From positions 1-64,000 of the IMG/VR virus record IMGVR_UViG_3300027834_000005: DNA of 64,000 bases. One strand, 5' to 3'. How positions within the stretch are numbered: the first letter of the stretch is position 1; each line of letters starts with the position of its first letter. The notes beneath the pieces were generated by a model that searched no databases, was not told where the DNA came from, and saw only the letters and a program-made list of their open reading frames with translations. A program made the position numbers and the translations under genes. Positions 37,655 to 47,229 of this stretch are shown in pieces.

Positions 37655-37938
37655 TAACATACGCAACAGCTGAAGACATAATAACTGGTGTCCCTCTATA
37701 CAGTATTAAAGAAAATAGAGTAGTGGTGGTGTATGATGTTGAGATATGTCAAACAGAAAGGGACAGAATTTACCATATGGTGACTTTTGAACACAGACGT
37801 GGAGCACAAACTAATGCTTCATTTTTAGAAGATATGAAGCAGCTCGTCCTTTTTAAATCATTGACAGAAGAAGAGCAATTTTATATACAACTGGGCGGTT
37901 TGATACAAGGTATCGGAGATGACAATAAACGTACATAA
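37651..37938 (+). CDS. EDxF-tag protein, array B
   Basis: Tag LTEEEQFYIQLGG. Confidence 0.8.
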   Translation: MITYATAEDIITGVPLYSIKENRVVVVYDVEICQTERDRIYHMVTFEHRRGAQTNASFLEDMKQLVLFKSLTEEEQFYIQLGGLIQGIGDDNKRT

Positions 37939-38233
37939 GTTAAGCCTAGAAGAAATAAAGGTCGGTACGGATGTGCTATGTATACGTCCACATCCACGCG
38001 ATGGATGGATCACACATGGTAGGTTATACAATATAAATTACGTCAATAAAACGCTAAGTGTATTCGGTGTATCAGATGACGATAATGACCCTACGGACTA
38101 TTGCATATATGAAATGGAAGACATATTCAGTGACGACTTCTGTTATTACTCAGTAAGTGGGATACCCGAAGAGGAATTGTTTTTCATTAAACTAGGTGGT
38201 GTCACAGATTATGATATTATCGTTGACAACTAG
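37919..38233 (+). CDS. EDxF-tag protein, array B
   Basis: VGTDVLCI..THGRLYNI; tag IPEEELFFIKLGG. Confidence 0.8.
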   Translation: MTINVHKLSLEEIKVGTDVLCIRPHPRDGWITHGRLYNINYVNKTLSVFGVSDDDNDPTDYCIYEMEDIFSDDFCYYSVSGIPEEELFFIKLGGVTDYDIIVDN

Positions 38234-38251
38234 TTCATCATGTAGTATAAT
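38223..38251 (+). promoter_or_regulatory. sigma70-type promoter
   Basis: TTGACA-N17-TATAAT, perfect consensus. Confidence 0.85.
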
Positions 38252-38274
38252 TATCGCATACATAGGAGAGCATC

Positions 38275-38562
38275 ATGAAAAACATTTCTAAGGTTTTACT
38301 AGCATTCTTAATCACATTCAGTATCAGTGTTTCAGCTGATCCATTTAAAACCACGGTCAAGTGCATCGACGGTTATAAATTCGCCGTGATATACACGGAC
38401 AGAAACAACTCTAAGTACGTAAGGATCGTTGACATGGAACAGATCATGGACAGTGGCAATGCTATGATATGCACAGTGAAAGTAGCGAAATACGTTGAGC
38501 CTGAACCTCTCCCAGATGGCTATTGGCCAGAAACTGAAGCATCAACATTGAACGTTAGATAG
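38275..38562 (+). CDS. Putative exported protein with signal peptide
   Basis: MKNISKVLLAFLITFSISVSA-DP; two Cys in the mature part. Confidence 0.7.
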   Translation: MKNISKVLLAFLITFSISVSADPFKTTVKCIDGYKFAVIYTDRNNSKYVRIVDMEQIMDSGNAMICTVKVAKYVEPEPLPDGYWPETEASTLNVR

Positions 38563-38570
38563 GTAAGCAC

Positions 38571-38732
38571 ATGAGAAGAGCGTGGAGACTATGGGCAAAA
38601 GCCATAGGGGAAAAGAGTGGTTCTACCGATGCGGAAGCTAACATCATAGCAGCAATAAGAACTTCATTTTTTTTATTAACTGTAGCAACAGAAATATCAA
38701 TACTAGGCACTAATGCTGGCTGGTTTAATTAA
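38571..38732 (+). CDS. 53-aa membrane protein (below the ORF-track cutoff)
   Basis: MRRAWRLWAKAIGEKSGSTDAEANIIAAIRTSFFLLTV...; WRxWAKAxGEK resembles a small T4-like phage family (recollection). Confidence 0.65.
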   Translation: MRRAWRLWAKAIGEKSGSTDAEANIIAAIRTSFFLLTVATEISILGTNAGWFN

Positions 38733-38743
38733 AAGGTAATATT

Positions 38744-39376
38744 ATGCATTTTCATCAGAATCACTCATGGTGTAGTAGATCAAACTGGAATAATCAGTCT
38801 TTTGACTCTTCGTATATGGTGTCGTTCGGTACTCACTTGAGCTACCAGCACAATAACGACGAGTACGTTGAAGACTTAGTCGATTGGAACAACCTCGTCG
38901 TTGAAGAAGACGAAGTATTCATCCAAGAAGATTATGATCGTGCAGTGGCATGGGCGAAGAAGTCCAAGCATGAGTATTCACCTGACTACCCAACACTAGC
39001 GGCAACCAAGTATGGCGTGCCAAATCTTAAACCGGAAGTTTTACAATGGCTCCATGAGAATGTGAAGGATTGTGCCAGTAACAAAGAACAGCCACAGGGT
39101 TGGGCCATAGGCAATGAATCCTACAGAGCAACCAATACTACTGATATAACCATCTGGTTCTACCGTAGAGGTGACGCTATGAAGTTCATTAAGGAGTGGA
39201 GCCAGTACAAGAAGCCCACTACTTATCTAAACTACTTCAAAGATGACTACCGTGAACTGTATGATGGTAAGCTGAGAGTGTTTAATCGCAGTGACCAAGA
39301 TTTTGAGCCTAAAGTGAAGGGCCGTGTCATACCTACAAAAAAAGATGACTTTGGATTCACAATAGGAACGTATTAA
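38744..39376 (+). CDS. Hypothetical protein, tandem paralog of 39386
   Basis: MHFHQNHSWCS..NWN; KPTTYLNYFKDDYR. Confidence 0.8.
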   Translation: MHFHQNHSWCSRSNWNNQSFDSSYMVSFGTHLSYQHNNDEYVEDLVDWNNLVVEEDEVFIQEDYDRAVAWAKKSKHEYSPDYPTLAATKYGVPNLKPEVLQWLHENVKDCASNKEQPQGWAIGNESYRATNTTDITIWFYRRGDAMKFIKEWSQYKKPTTYLNYFKDDYRELYDGKLRVFNRSDQDFEPKVKGRVIPTKKDDFGFTIGTY

Positions 39377-39385
39377 GGATAAGTT

Positions 39386-39988
39386 ATGCATTTTCATGAA
39401 AATCACTGCTGGTGTAGTAATTCAAATTGGAATGATGAAAACTATGATAGCCGTTACATGGTCGTCATAGACAGACATCTAGACTTACCTCATATAGAGA
39501 GAGTTCCTTATCGTGAACGCGTTAATGAGAAGGATTGGGACAACCTCACACATCTGATCAACGACGTGTGGTGTCAGGAATCATATGATGAGTGGATTAG
39601 GGTGTTCGAAAAATCTTCCGATAATAAGCGTGATATTGAACGTGATGAAAGATTCGCCAAAGCAGACTCAACCAAAAACAGAGTGCCAGCTCTTAACCAA
39701 GAAGTTATCGATTGGCTGAATGAAAATATTGACGACGATGCGAAAGCCAAGTACAATGACAATATGAAAGGTTGGTGTATGGGTAACGATGAGTACCGAG
39801 CAACTGGTACATGTTCATCTGTTACAGTGTGGTTCTACCGTAAGGTTGATGCATTTAGATTCATGCGTCGTTGGAGCACACATCAGAAACCAACAACATA
39901 TTTGAATTACTTCAAAGATGACTACCGCGTATTGAAAGCCGGTGACCTTTTGAAGTATAATCGTTCTACTAAATTGTTCGAGGAATAA
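39386..39988 (+). CDS. Hypothetical protein, tandem paralog of 38744
   Basis: MHFHENHCWCS..NWN; KPTTYLNYFKDDYR. Confidence 0.8.
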   Translation: MHFHENHCWCSNSNWNDENYDSRYMVVIDRHLDLPHIERVPYRERVNEKDWDNLTHLINDVWCQESYDEWIRVFEKSSDNKRDIERDERFAKADSTKNRVPALNQEVIDWLNENIDDDAKAKYNDNMKGWCMGNDEYRATGTCSSVTVWFYRKVDAFRFMRRWSTHQKPTTYLNYFKDDYRVLKAGDLLKYNRSTKLFEE

Positions 39989-39993
39989 CCACT

Positions 39994-41961
39994 ATGCAAG
40001 ATATGATAACTAGCCTCATCAGTAAAGGTAACTATGACGAATATGACATCGATGATGTCTGCGCCATGTTATTTACAGCCGACGACGAATATGAGATTGA
40101 TGGTGATCTTACATCGTTTGAGTTATCTGATGCTCAGTATGACGTTATCAAGTTCAATGCTAAGCGATTGGCACCAGCACACAAGTACTTCACTGGTGTT
40201 GGTTCTGACGTGCGTGGTGGCAAGATAGACCTACCCAATTACATGCCTTCACTTAACCAGATCGAAGTAGGCGACATTGGCCGCTGGATCATCGATAACA
40301 ATCTTCACCAAGAATGCATTGTTCTATCAGATAAGATGGATGGCGTATCAATTCAGCTTATATACAACGCTGATGGTTCTTTACGTATTGCATATTCTCG
40401 TGGTAACGGATTGAAGGGTGCAGACGTTACCCGACATGTTAGACGCATGAAGAAAGTGCCATTACAGATAGAACCAACTGGCAGTGTAGTTGAAATACGT
40501 GCCGAGGTGGAATTGTCCAATTCTATATTCGAAGAGTTGAAGACGCAAGTGTTTAAGTCTGATGGTTCCCCTTATAAGAACCCTCGTAACATGACTGCCG
40601 GTATGATGAACTCTTCTGAAGCTCACCAAGCCTTCTATGATGTGGTTGATGTGTTCACTTATGAAATCATGAACACCACTTTGGACAAACTAACCACTTT
40701 ACAACGCCTAGATGAGATGCGATTCACTGTGGTGTGTTACTGTGCTCTAGATGGTTGCGATCTAAATGACGATAAGCTTGCCGAATACCTTAATAGAAGA
40801 CGTAATGATATCGACTATGACATTGATGGTTTGGTGCTTACTGTGGATAGCTATATTGTTAGCGGTAAGTTAGACGTTGGTATGAAGGGCGCAGCTAACC
40901 CTAAGTCATCTATCAAGTACAAGGTGGCGGACGCATCCAATTATCACATGGCTACGTGTACTGGCGTGACATATAACGTGTCTAAACATGCATTCGGTAA
41001 GCCACAGATCAACTTGGAACCGTTTGACATTCAAGGGGTGACAGTATCCAACACTACCGGATTCAATGCGAAGTTCATCCACGACAATAACATTGGTGCT
41101 GGTGCTAAAATACTGATGACGCGCTCTGGTGATGTAATCCCTTACGTTGTTAAGGTGAGTGAAGGTGTTGAGACATGGGCACAGCCTGACGATGGATATG
41201 AGTACAAGTGGAACGACACAGCAGTAGACTTAGTGCTTGTTGACCCTGATTCTCATCCAACGGTACAGCTACGTCGCATGACTGACTTCTGTAACTCTCT
41301 GGAACTGCCCGTGTTAAGAGAAGGTAACGTCCAGAAGCTTATAACAGACGGCTACGACTCCGTAGAATCGATCCTGTTGGCTAGTAAGGAGCAACTGGTC
41401 CAAACGTTAGGGGCTAATGGTGAGAAGGCATACGACGGCATACACAAGCGTCTAAGTAACGTGAAGTATTACGAGATTGCTGGTTCAGTTCACGCCTTCG
41501 GACGTGGAGTAGGCAAGCGCAAGTTTGAAGATCTATTCGCCAGCGGTATTTTACCAATGGAGGAAGATGGCACCTATGACATGACTAAGCTCACAGTGTC
41601 TAAAATCATAGGCGTTAAAGGGTTCGAAGTGGTAACAGCAGAAAAAATCATGGAAGGACTTGACGAGTTCATGAACTTCTGGGATAATATATGTCACTTG
41701 GTACACATACCAACGCTCTCTAGTAGTGGCTCACTGAATGACGAGATGATCGTGTTCACTGGCTTCAGAGATAAAGACCTAAAGGCGGATGTTGAATCTG
41801 CTGGAGGGAAGATGCAATCGAGTGTCAATGGCAAAACAACTATACTAGTATGTCTTGATCCAACATCAACATCTGGTAAAGTTAAAAAAGCACGGGACAA
41901 GGGTGTTACTATCGTTAGCCCTGACGAAATTAAAGAACGAATCCTAATGGGGAATCTATAA
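39994..41961 (+). CDS. ligA: NAD-dependent DNA ligase
   Basis: Ia-like LSDAQYD, KMDG adenylation site, SRGNG, NPRN, DIDGLV, SGDVIP, C-terminal BRCT (IVFTG). Confidence 0.9.
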   Translation: MQDMITSLISKGNYDEYDIDDVCAMLFTADDEYEIDGDLTSFELSDAQYDVIKFNAKRLAPAHKYFTGVGSDVRGGKIDLPNYMPSLNQIEVGDIGRWIIDNNLHQECIVLSDKMDGVSIQLIYNADGSLRIAYSRGNGLKGADVTRHVRRMKKVPLQIEPTGSVVEIRAEVELSNSIFEELKTQVFKSDGSPYKNPRNMTAGMMNSSEAHQAFYDVVDVFTYEIMNTTLDKLTTLQRLDEMRFTVVCYCALDGCDLNDDKLAEYLNRRRNDIDYDIDGLVLTVDSYIVSGKLDVGMKGAANPKSSIKYKVADASNYHMATCTGVTYNVSKHAFGKPQINLEPFDIQGVTVSNTTGFNAKFIHDNNIGAGAKILMTRSGDVIPYVVKVSEGVETWAQPDDGYEYKWNDTAVDLVLVDPDSHPTVQLRRMTDFCNSLELPVLREGNVQKLITDGYDSVESILLASKEQLVQTLGANGEKAYDGIHKRLSNVKYYEIAGSVHAFGRGVGKRKFEDLFASGILPMEEDGTYDMTKLTVSKIIGVKGFEVVTAEKIMEGLDEFMNFWDNICHLVHIPTLSSSGSLNDEMIVFTGFRDKDLKADVESAGGKMQSSVNGKTTILVCLDPTSTSGKVKKARDKGVTIVSPDEIKERILMGNL

Positions 41962-42353
41962 TGATTAAGAAAGAAGAAATATTTGATGCTATTAAAGCAA
42001 CCGCGCTATGGTTTGTAATCTCGCTGATGCGTGTCGCTGAATTATTAATTACGATACTTGCATTCGTGTATACCGTAGCTATCACTTTGCCATTCCTGAC
42101 TGCTCTCATAGGCAAGACAGTGATCGCATTATTTTTGACTCTGTTTATGGGTTTCATTGCATACGTAATAGTGAGTTGCATAACTGAATGGATATTGAAG
42201 AATGCATTCTCTGCGTTATACGCTTATATCCTTCGTAAAGGCTTCATCATGGACGAACACATGAATGAAATGTTTGCTGAATACTCTAGTGAAACGTATG
42301 AGCTTCCTAGAATGTTCCATGTGCATAACTTATTCAGAAAGGTTCACGATTAA
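41961..42353 (+). CDS. Membrane protein
   Basis: Long hydrophobic region. Confidence 0.65.
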   Translation: MIKKEEIFDAIKATALWFVISLMRVAELLITILAFVYTVAITLPFLTALIGKTVIALFLTLFMGFIAYVIVSCITEWILKNAFSALYAYILRKGFIMDEHMNEMFAEYSSETYELPRMFHVHNLFRKVHD

Positions 42354-42886
42354 TGAACGCGGGATATTCACATTCCTACGATCTAGTATCGAAGTTCTAT
42401 GAGGGACGCAGTGCAGCACGCTCTGGCGTTCCTTATATGAATCATATAGATGAAGGCATAGTCATAATGACTGAAATAGGCGCAAGCGTTGATGCTATTG
42501 GTGCCTATTGCCTTCATCCTCTTGTCCAGAGTCATGTAGACTACATGGACAGATTAAAACCAGAAGACGAATACTTGGACGGTGTCGATCCAAGACAGTT
42601 GATGTTAGCTATGGACTATAGATCCAGAGCCAATGCCTTCCTGTCTTATAAGATTGATCGCATCACTGACGCAGAAGTAGCTACGCTAAACGCGTATCTA
42701 TGGAAGACCCGTGATGTAAGAGACATGCTCATTGCAGACAAGGTACAGAACTATAAGGACTTCCTTAAGTATCACCTTTTAACGCATGAACGTTCGGAAA
42801 AGCTTGACAAGTATTTTAAAACGTGGCTTAATGACATTCTTGATGTGTACAACTACCAGTCATTAGTCAAACTCATAGAGAAATAA
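42353..42886 (+). CDS. HD-hydrolase-like protein (RelA/SpoT/Mesh1-type fold) with HP in place of HD
   Basis: R..SGVPYMNH, AYCLHPLVQ, LIADKVQN. Confidence 0.6.
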   Translation: MNAGYSHSYDLVSKFYEGRSAARSGVPYMNHIDEGIVIMTEIGASVDAIGAYCLHPLVQSHVDYMDRLKPEDEYLDGVDPRQLMLAMDYRSRANAFLSYKIDRITDAEVATLNAYLWKTRDVRDMLIADKVQNYKDFLKYHLLTHERSEKLDKYFKTWLNDILDVYNYQSLVKLIEK

Positions 42887-42888
42887 CT

Positions 42889-43116
42889 ATGCAATACGAA
42901 CTTATTATATATAACGGCGAACGTAAAAAAAGACTATCTCTTCCTTTCAAACCAGCTGACGGAGACCGCCTTGAGTTTATGATTGACGTGGTTGAGGTCG
43001 GAAAGCCAACGACGCAGCGTAAGGTTAGTGCAAAGCTGCGTGACGTAACGTATGATTGTGAGATTACACTGTTCACGGCATACACTACCGTATGGACTTA
43101 TATCGATGGTGAATAA
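42889..43116 (+). CDS. Small hypothetical protein
   Basis: ORF in contiguous run. Confidence 0.55.
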   Translation: MQYELIIYNGERKKRLSLPFKPADGDRLEFMIDVVEVGKPTTQRKVSAKLRDVTYDCEITLFTAYTTVWTYIDGE

Positions 43117-43591
43117 CATAGTGGGCATGGCTAAGGTACATAAGACTTTAGCCGAGCGTGCCATTGTCGTACAAAGTATGCTGGAGCCTCTGGCTGAAAA
43201 CGATTTAGAAGTGCAGCTCATCAAAATGATGGACAAGCTTGGATGGAAGACTGTCGGTGTATTATGGTGGAAGAAACCAATAACATTGGACTTCTATAAA
43301 TCCTTCATAACTGAAAAATTCATTGATCATAACTACAAAGCATTTACTCAAATTAAAAATGAGCACGCTGCCAATCCTAACACAAAGGATGGGGTGTTCG
43401 CAGTGAAACATTACAAGCTTGGTATGGGCTGGATTACTGAGAAGCATGATGACATATATGCCGAAGTGCGGTCCCTTATTGATGCTACAACACACGATCA
43501 CATATATCTATCTAATGAAGCCACTAAGTGGTACAATGATATGATGTCTATTGAACAAGAGGTGCACGATGCAACGACTAACCAAGTTTAA
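43052..43591 (+). CDS. Hypothetical protein (true start probably ~43108-43126)
   Basis: ORF. Confidence 0.65.
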   Translation: MIVRLHCSRHTLPYGLISMVNNIVGMAKVHKTLAERAIVVQSMLEPLAENDLEVQLIKMMDKLGWKTVGVLWWKKPITLDFYKSFITEKFIDHNYKAFTQIKNEHAANPNTKDGVFAVKHYKLGMGWITEKHDDIYAEVRSLIDATTHDHIYLSNEATKWYNDMMSIEQEVHDATTNQV

Positions 43592-43937
43592 AAAAGAAAT
43601 ATTCACACTCGTATGCTTACTCGTTATATTTTCAGCTGCGGTAGTAACGTTTAGTGAAAGAGACAAGCAAAATCGTTTTGATACTGATGAGTACGCATCT
43701 GATAATAGATACTCTTGCCACATAGAATATGGTGCAACGACGTATGTTGGTAATACAAGATATGACACGTTGGTAGAATCAGAAGACCATGCATACATAC
43801 ATGCTATAGCTATAGTTGCATGCACTGAAGCATTAGATATGTGTATTGCTGATCGTAAGTTTGGATGGAAGGACTGTATGTCTCCATTCCAACAAAAGAT
43901 AGAAGGCATCGTCAATGAAATCGACCAAGAAGTCTAA
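43551..43937 (+). CDS. Membrane-anchored hypothetical protein
   Basis: N-terminal TM; GAGG RBS before a downstream ATG. Confidence 0.6.
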   Translation: MNKRCTMQRLTKFKKEIFTLVCLLVIFSAAVVTFSERDKQNRFDTDEYASDNRYSCHIEYGATTYVGNTRYDTLVESEDHAYIHAIAIVACTEALDMCIADRKFGWKDCMSPFQQKIEGIVNEIDQEV

Positions 43938-44127
43938 TAAGAAAACAGTATCCATGCCAGTAGAGGTGCCTAAAGGTCGCTTCTGTTGGGATGGAGAAAC
44001 AGTATGTGACCACTTTGATAATGAAGGTGGTCATGGTTCATGTGATATTGGTTTTCACTTAGCATGTGATTATGAATATCTTAAGCCCCAAGAGTGTTTA
44101 AATTTAATTGATATCACTGACGAATAA
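43915..44127 (+). CDS. Small Cys-rich protein
   Basis: Five Cys. Confidence 0.6.
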   Translation: MKSTKKSNKKTVSMPVEVPKGRFCWDGETVCDHFDNEGGHGSCDIGFHLACDYEYLKPQECLNLIDITDE

Positions 44128-44130
44128 AGT

Positions 44131-44159
44131 TTGACAGTAATATGAATTAGCCCTATACT
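44131..44159 (+). promoter_or_regulatory. sigma70-type promoter
   Basis: TTGACA-N17-TATACT. Confidence 0.75.
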
Positions 44160-44200
44160 TCAATCCTCACAAATCAAACAGTATCTCATAAGGAGATCAT

Positions 44201-46075
44201 ATGTTACAAATTATATTCGCAATCATCTTTGCAATCGCAGCATGGAAGGCCGTGCCGTTAATCGCAGAGAAAGTAAGTGATGGTGCTGGCACAGCAGCTC
44301 GTATCATCTTCATCGTTTTATCGTTATTTTGTTTCGCATCGACGTCATGGATCAATGTAGGTTCTGACGAAGTGGCTCACCTTAAGCGTAACTACTTAGG
44401 TACATCCATCTCAACTGACCGCGTTATCGCATTAGACGGTGAAACGGGCAAGCAAGCAGAAATCCTGATGCCAGGATTCAAGTTCCGCTTCCTCATCCGT
44501 GTAGTCAATGATATTGAATACTACGAATTCGTTAATGTGCCCACGGGCAGTATTGCCGTAATATCCGCAGTAGATGGTGAACCATTACGTGAAGGTCAGG
44601 CCATTGCAGATGCATGGGTTCCCTTTACCGATAAAGATGGCGTAGAACATAAAGCCATGGACATGCTTAATGCCACTACATTCCTAACCAACGGCGGTCA
44701 GAAAGGTGAGCAGTTAACAGTGCTGAAACCAGGACAATACGCAGTTAATGCATACTTGTTCAAACTAGAAATCGTTAGAGCCACGTCTATTGCGGCTGGT
44801 ACGGTAGGTGTAGTTACCTCTCGTGTTGAACATCCTAATACGGTATGTCCTACACAGGCTGAGTTATTATCTTATAAAGGTGCCAATGAAGAAGTATCCG
44901 TGCCGTTAGTTCCCACTGGTTGTATCGGTGTGTGGTCTGACCCTCTGTTGAACGGTTACCACTTCATTAACCCTAACGCTTATAAAGTGACTGTTGTCCC
45001 TACACTGGTTCAAACTTGGAAATATAAGGGTGGCTACACTAAACGTGAAATCGTTCTTACCGTAGGTAAAACTGCGATTACGCAACAGATCAAGCCTACA
45101 CCAGTGCCAGTACCGAAAGATGCCGCTGACTCAGCTATCTCTTCGAACGTGGAAGGTTGGACAGTCCCTACTGAATTCAGCTTACTCATTCAGGTTCCGC
45201 CAGCTAAAGCTTCTATGATGGTAGCGTCAGTAGGAACATTATCAGACGTAGAGAATAAGATTGGTACACGTGCATTACGCTCTTCATACCGCGACACTGT
45301 AGGTGGCCGACATGAAGTAACAGTAACTGAATGCAGTGTTAACCTTATTGACAAAGTTGACAAGAAAGGTAAAGTGATTCAGAAGGCAGTATGTCCTAAA
45401 GACAAACTGGTTGATGTTAAAAAAATGGTTCCTTGGAAGATCTTAGAGCTTATCACTGAACGTGTAGCGATTGAGAACTCAGTAGAAACAGCATTAGCAG
45501 TCGAATTAGCACGTGCCGGTGTTATCTTGAAAGAAGTACAGATGGGTCATGCAGAACTGCCTACAGGCTTACTGGCAACACGTCAGCGTGAACAGTTAGC
45601 AGATCAGCAGCGCAAGACCTTCATCGAAGAAGAGAAAGCACAGGTACAGCGTCAGTCATTGGAAGCAGCTGAAGAGTTAGCTAACATGCAGGACCAGATT
45701 GTACAAGCTAAGCAAGCTGAGCAGATCGCCAAAGACAAAGCCAGAGCCGCGAAGAACGAAGGTGAAGGTGAACGTGATAAGCTTAAAGAAATTGCTAAGG
45801 GTGAACGTGCTCGTGTAAATACTTTAGGCGTAGAAGCAACACTCGAATTGGCCAAAGAGAAGCAGCGCTTAGACTTCCAGTTGATTCAGTTTGAAATGTT
45901 GATGGCTACATTAGCTAAGAACCCAGACTTAGTTAAGGTTCCTTTAGTAGACGCAAGCTCTAAAGGTGGCGCAGCAGGTCAGGAAGGTGCAGCGGCAGTA
46001 CTAGGCACCATGTTAGGCGGTAACAGTAACGTTGCTGAGCTAGTAAGCCTGATGGAACAAAGAAACAAAAACTAA
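44201..46075 (+). CDS. SPFH/Band 7/flotillin-like membrane protein
   Basis: Two N-terminal TMs, GKQAEILMPG, GVILKEV, A/E/Q-rich coiled coil. Confidence 0.75.
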   Translation: MLQIIFAIIFAIAAWKAVPLIAEKVSDGAGTAARIIFIVLSLFCFASTSWINVGSDEVAHLKRNYLGTSISTDRVIALDGETGKQAEILMPGFKFRFLIRVVNDIEYYEFVNVPTGSIAVISAVDGEPLREGQAIADAWVPFTDKDGVEHKAMDMLNATTFLTNGGQKGEQLTVLKPGQYAVNAYLFKLEIVRATSIAAGTVGVVTSRVEHPNTVCPTQAELLSYKGANEEVSVPLVPTGCIGVWSDPLLNGYHFINPNAYKVTVVPTLVQTWKYKGGYTKREIVLTVGKTAITQQIKPTPVPVPKDAADSAISSNVEGWTVPTEFSLLIQVPPAKASMMVASVGTLSDVENKIGTRALRSSYRDTVGGRHEVTVTECSVNLIDKVDKKGKVIQKAVCPKDKLVDVKKMVPWKILELITERVAIENSVETALAVELARAGVILKEVQMGHAELPTGLLATRQREQLADQQRKTFIEEEKAQVQRQSLEAAEELANMQDQIVQAKQAEQIAKDKARAAKNEGEGERDKLKEIAKGERARVNTLGVEATLELAKEKQRLDFQLIQFEMLMATLAKNPDLVKVPLVDASSKGGAAGQEGAAAVLGTMLGGNSNVAELVSLMEQRNKN

Positions 46076-46094
46076 CCACTGTTAGTTTGATAAA

Positions 46095-46118
46095 GAAGGG
46101 GACTTAGGTCCCTTTTTT
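46095..46118 (+). terminator. Intrinsic terminator
   Basis: GGGGAC-TTAG-GTCCCT followed by T-run. Confidence 0.8.
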
Positions 46119-46137
46119 CTTATTCGGAGTAAATGAA

Positions 46138-46485
46138 ATGACAGTACTAGATTTCCTGTTTTACGGTCAAATACCAACCTTAATAGTGTTAGTAGTTAAG
46201 ATATTCATGTTATTAACTAGAGATGAATTGGACAATTTCGGCGTCTGTGGAGGAAACACATTCTCCGTTGTTACAGTCCACACCATAGTTACCATGTTAA
46301 CATGCTTGTGCTTAAGTACTCTGCTTTATGGAGTATGGCTAGATAACACGTCAGCCATGTTTTCACTTGTGAAGACAATCACGTTATTCTTTTTGATTAC
46401 GTATGTAATATATGCCATAATGTCCGCTAGGAAAGAAAGGCAAAAAGTACTATTCATAGAAAAACTTGGAGGTGAAGTATGTTAG
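46138..46485 (+). CDS. Membrane protein (3 TM)
   Basis: Hydrophobic; GGAG RBS. Confidence 0.7.
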   Translation: MTVLDFLFYGQIPTLIVLVVKIFMLLTRDELDNFGVCGGNTFSVVTVHTIVTMLTCLCLSTLLYGVWLDNTSAMFSLVKTITLFFLITYVIYAIMSARKERQKVLFIEKLGGEVC

Positions 46486-46799
46486 GACACGGTGATATAA
46501 TGGAGAGTATGTTGATCATACTCTTTTTTGTGGTCATAGCTTTTGAGACTAAAATCATTCTAAATAACTACATAAAGACAGGTAATATACTTACTGAAGA
46601 CATATACGAAGGCGCTTTTAAATTCGTCGCAGACATATGTGTTTTTGCTCGTTTAGTATTAGCATTCACTGTGTGCGCATTCTTAGGTAGCATAGAAGTA
46701 GTTAATTACTTGACAAGCTCTATGTACTTATTCATGATATTCATGCTTGGTGCGCACATAGTAGTAGAAGAAAAATACAGATCGCCATATAGTTTCTAA
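46479..46799 (+). CDS. Membrane protein (3 TM)
   Basis: Hydrophobic; GGAGG RBS. Confidence 0.7.
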   Translation: MLGHGDIMESMLIILFFVVIAFETKIILNNYIKTGNILTEDIYEGAFKFVADICVFARLVLAFTVCAFLGSIEVVNYLTSSMYLFMIFMLGAHIVVEEKYRSPYSF

Positions 46800-46847
46800 G
46801 AATCTAAATGGCTTATAGAAGAATGTAGAGGAGTTATAACAAAAGAG

Positions 46848-46855
46848 TATAAATA
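46848..46855 (+). promoter_or_regulatory. T4 late-promoter consensus
   Basis: TATAAATA in the intergenic region. Confidence 0.55.
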
Positions 46856-46876
46856 GGTATATAAGACAATAAAAAG

Positions 46877-47128
46877 TTGACTATGCCGCATACCTTATGT
46901 TATAATATACCCTCTCATCAGGTAGACACGAAGTCTATCGGATTACTAGAGATGTTCATAGCCGAATGGCTAGATGGATTATGTATAGAGCCTTATAGAT
47001 TTAAGGTTACGGAAAGGTTTTATGTGAGTGAAGTCAGATTAGACATCGATTTCGACTGCGCAGAAGACGCCTTTCTAGTGAAAATAAAGGGATTTTCAGA
47101 GCAATTGCCCAAGTTTACCTCTATTTAA
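46877..47128 (+). CDS. Hypothetical protein with tag-like C-terminal helix (start uncertain, perhaps ATG 46883)
   Basis: RLDIDFDCAEDAFLVKIKG; TTGACT-N18-TATAAT overlaps its 5' end. Confidence 0.6.
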   Translation: MTMPHTLCYNIPSHQVDTKSIGLLEMFIAEWLDGLCIEPYRFKVTERFYVSEVRLDIDFDCAEDAFLVKIKGFSEQLPKFTSI

Positions 47129-47144
47129 CCTCATATAATCCATT

Positions 47145-47177
47145 TTTCGTACATAAATGATAAATAAAAGTACGAAA
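47145..47177 (+). promoter_or_regulatory. Hairpin with late-promoter motif in its loop
   Basis: TTTCGTAC / GTACGAAA arms; GATAAATA at 47159-47166. Confidence 0.55.
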
Positions 47178-47229
47178 GAAATATTTTCTAGTTAATACAC
47201 AGCTAAAAAACTTATACAAGGATTAGTAT

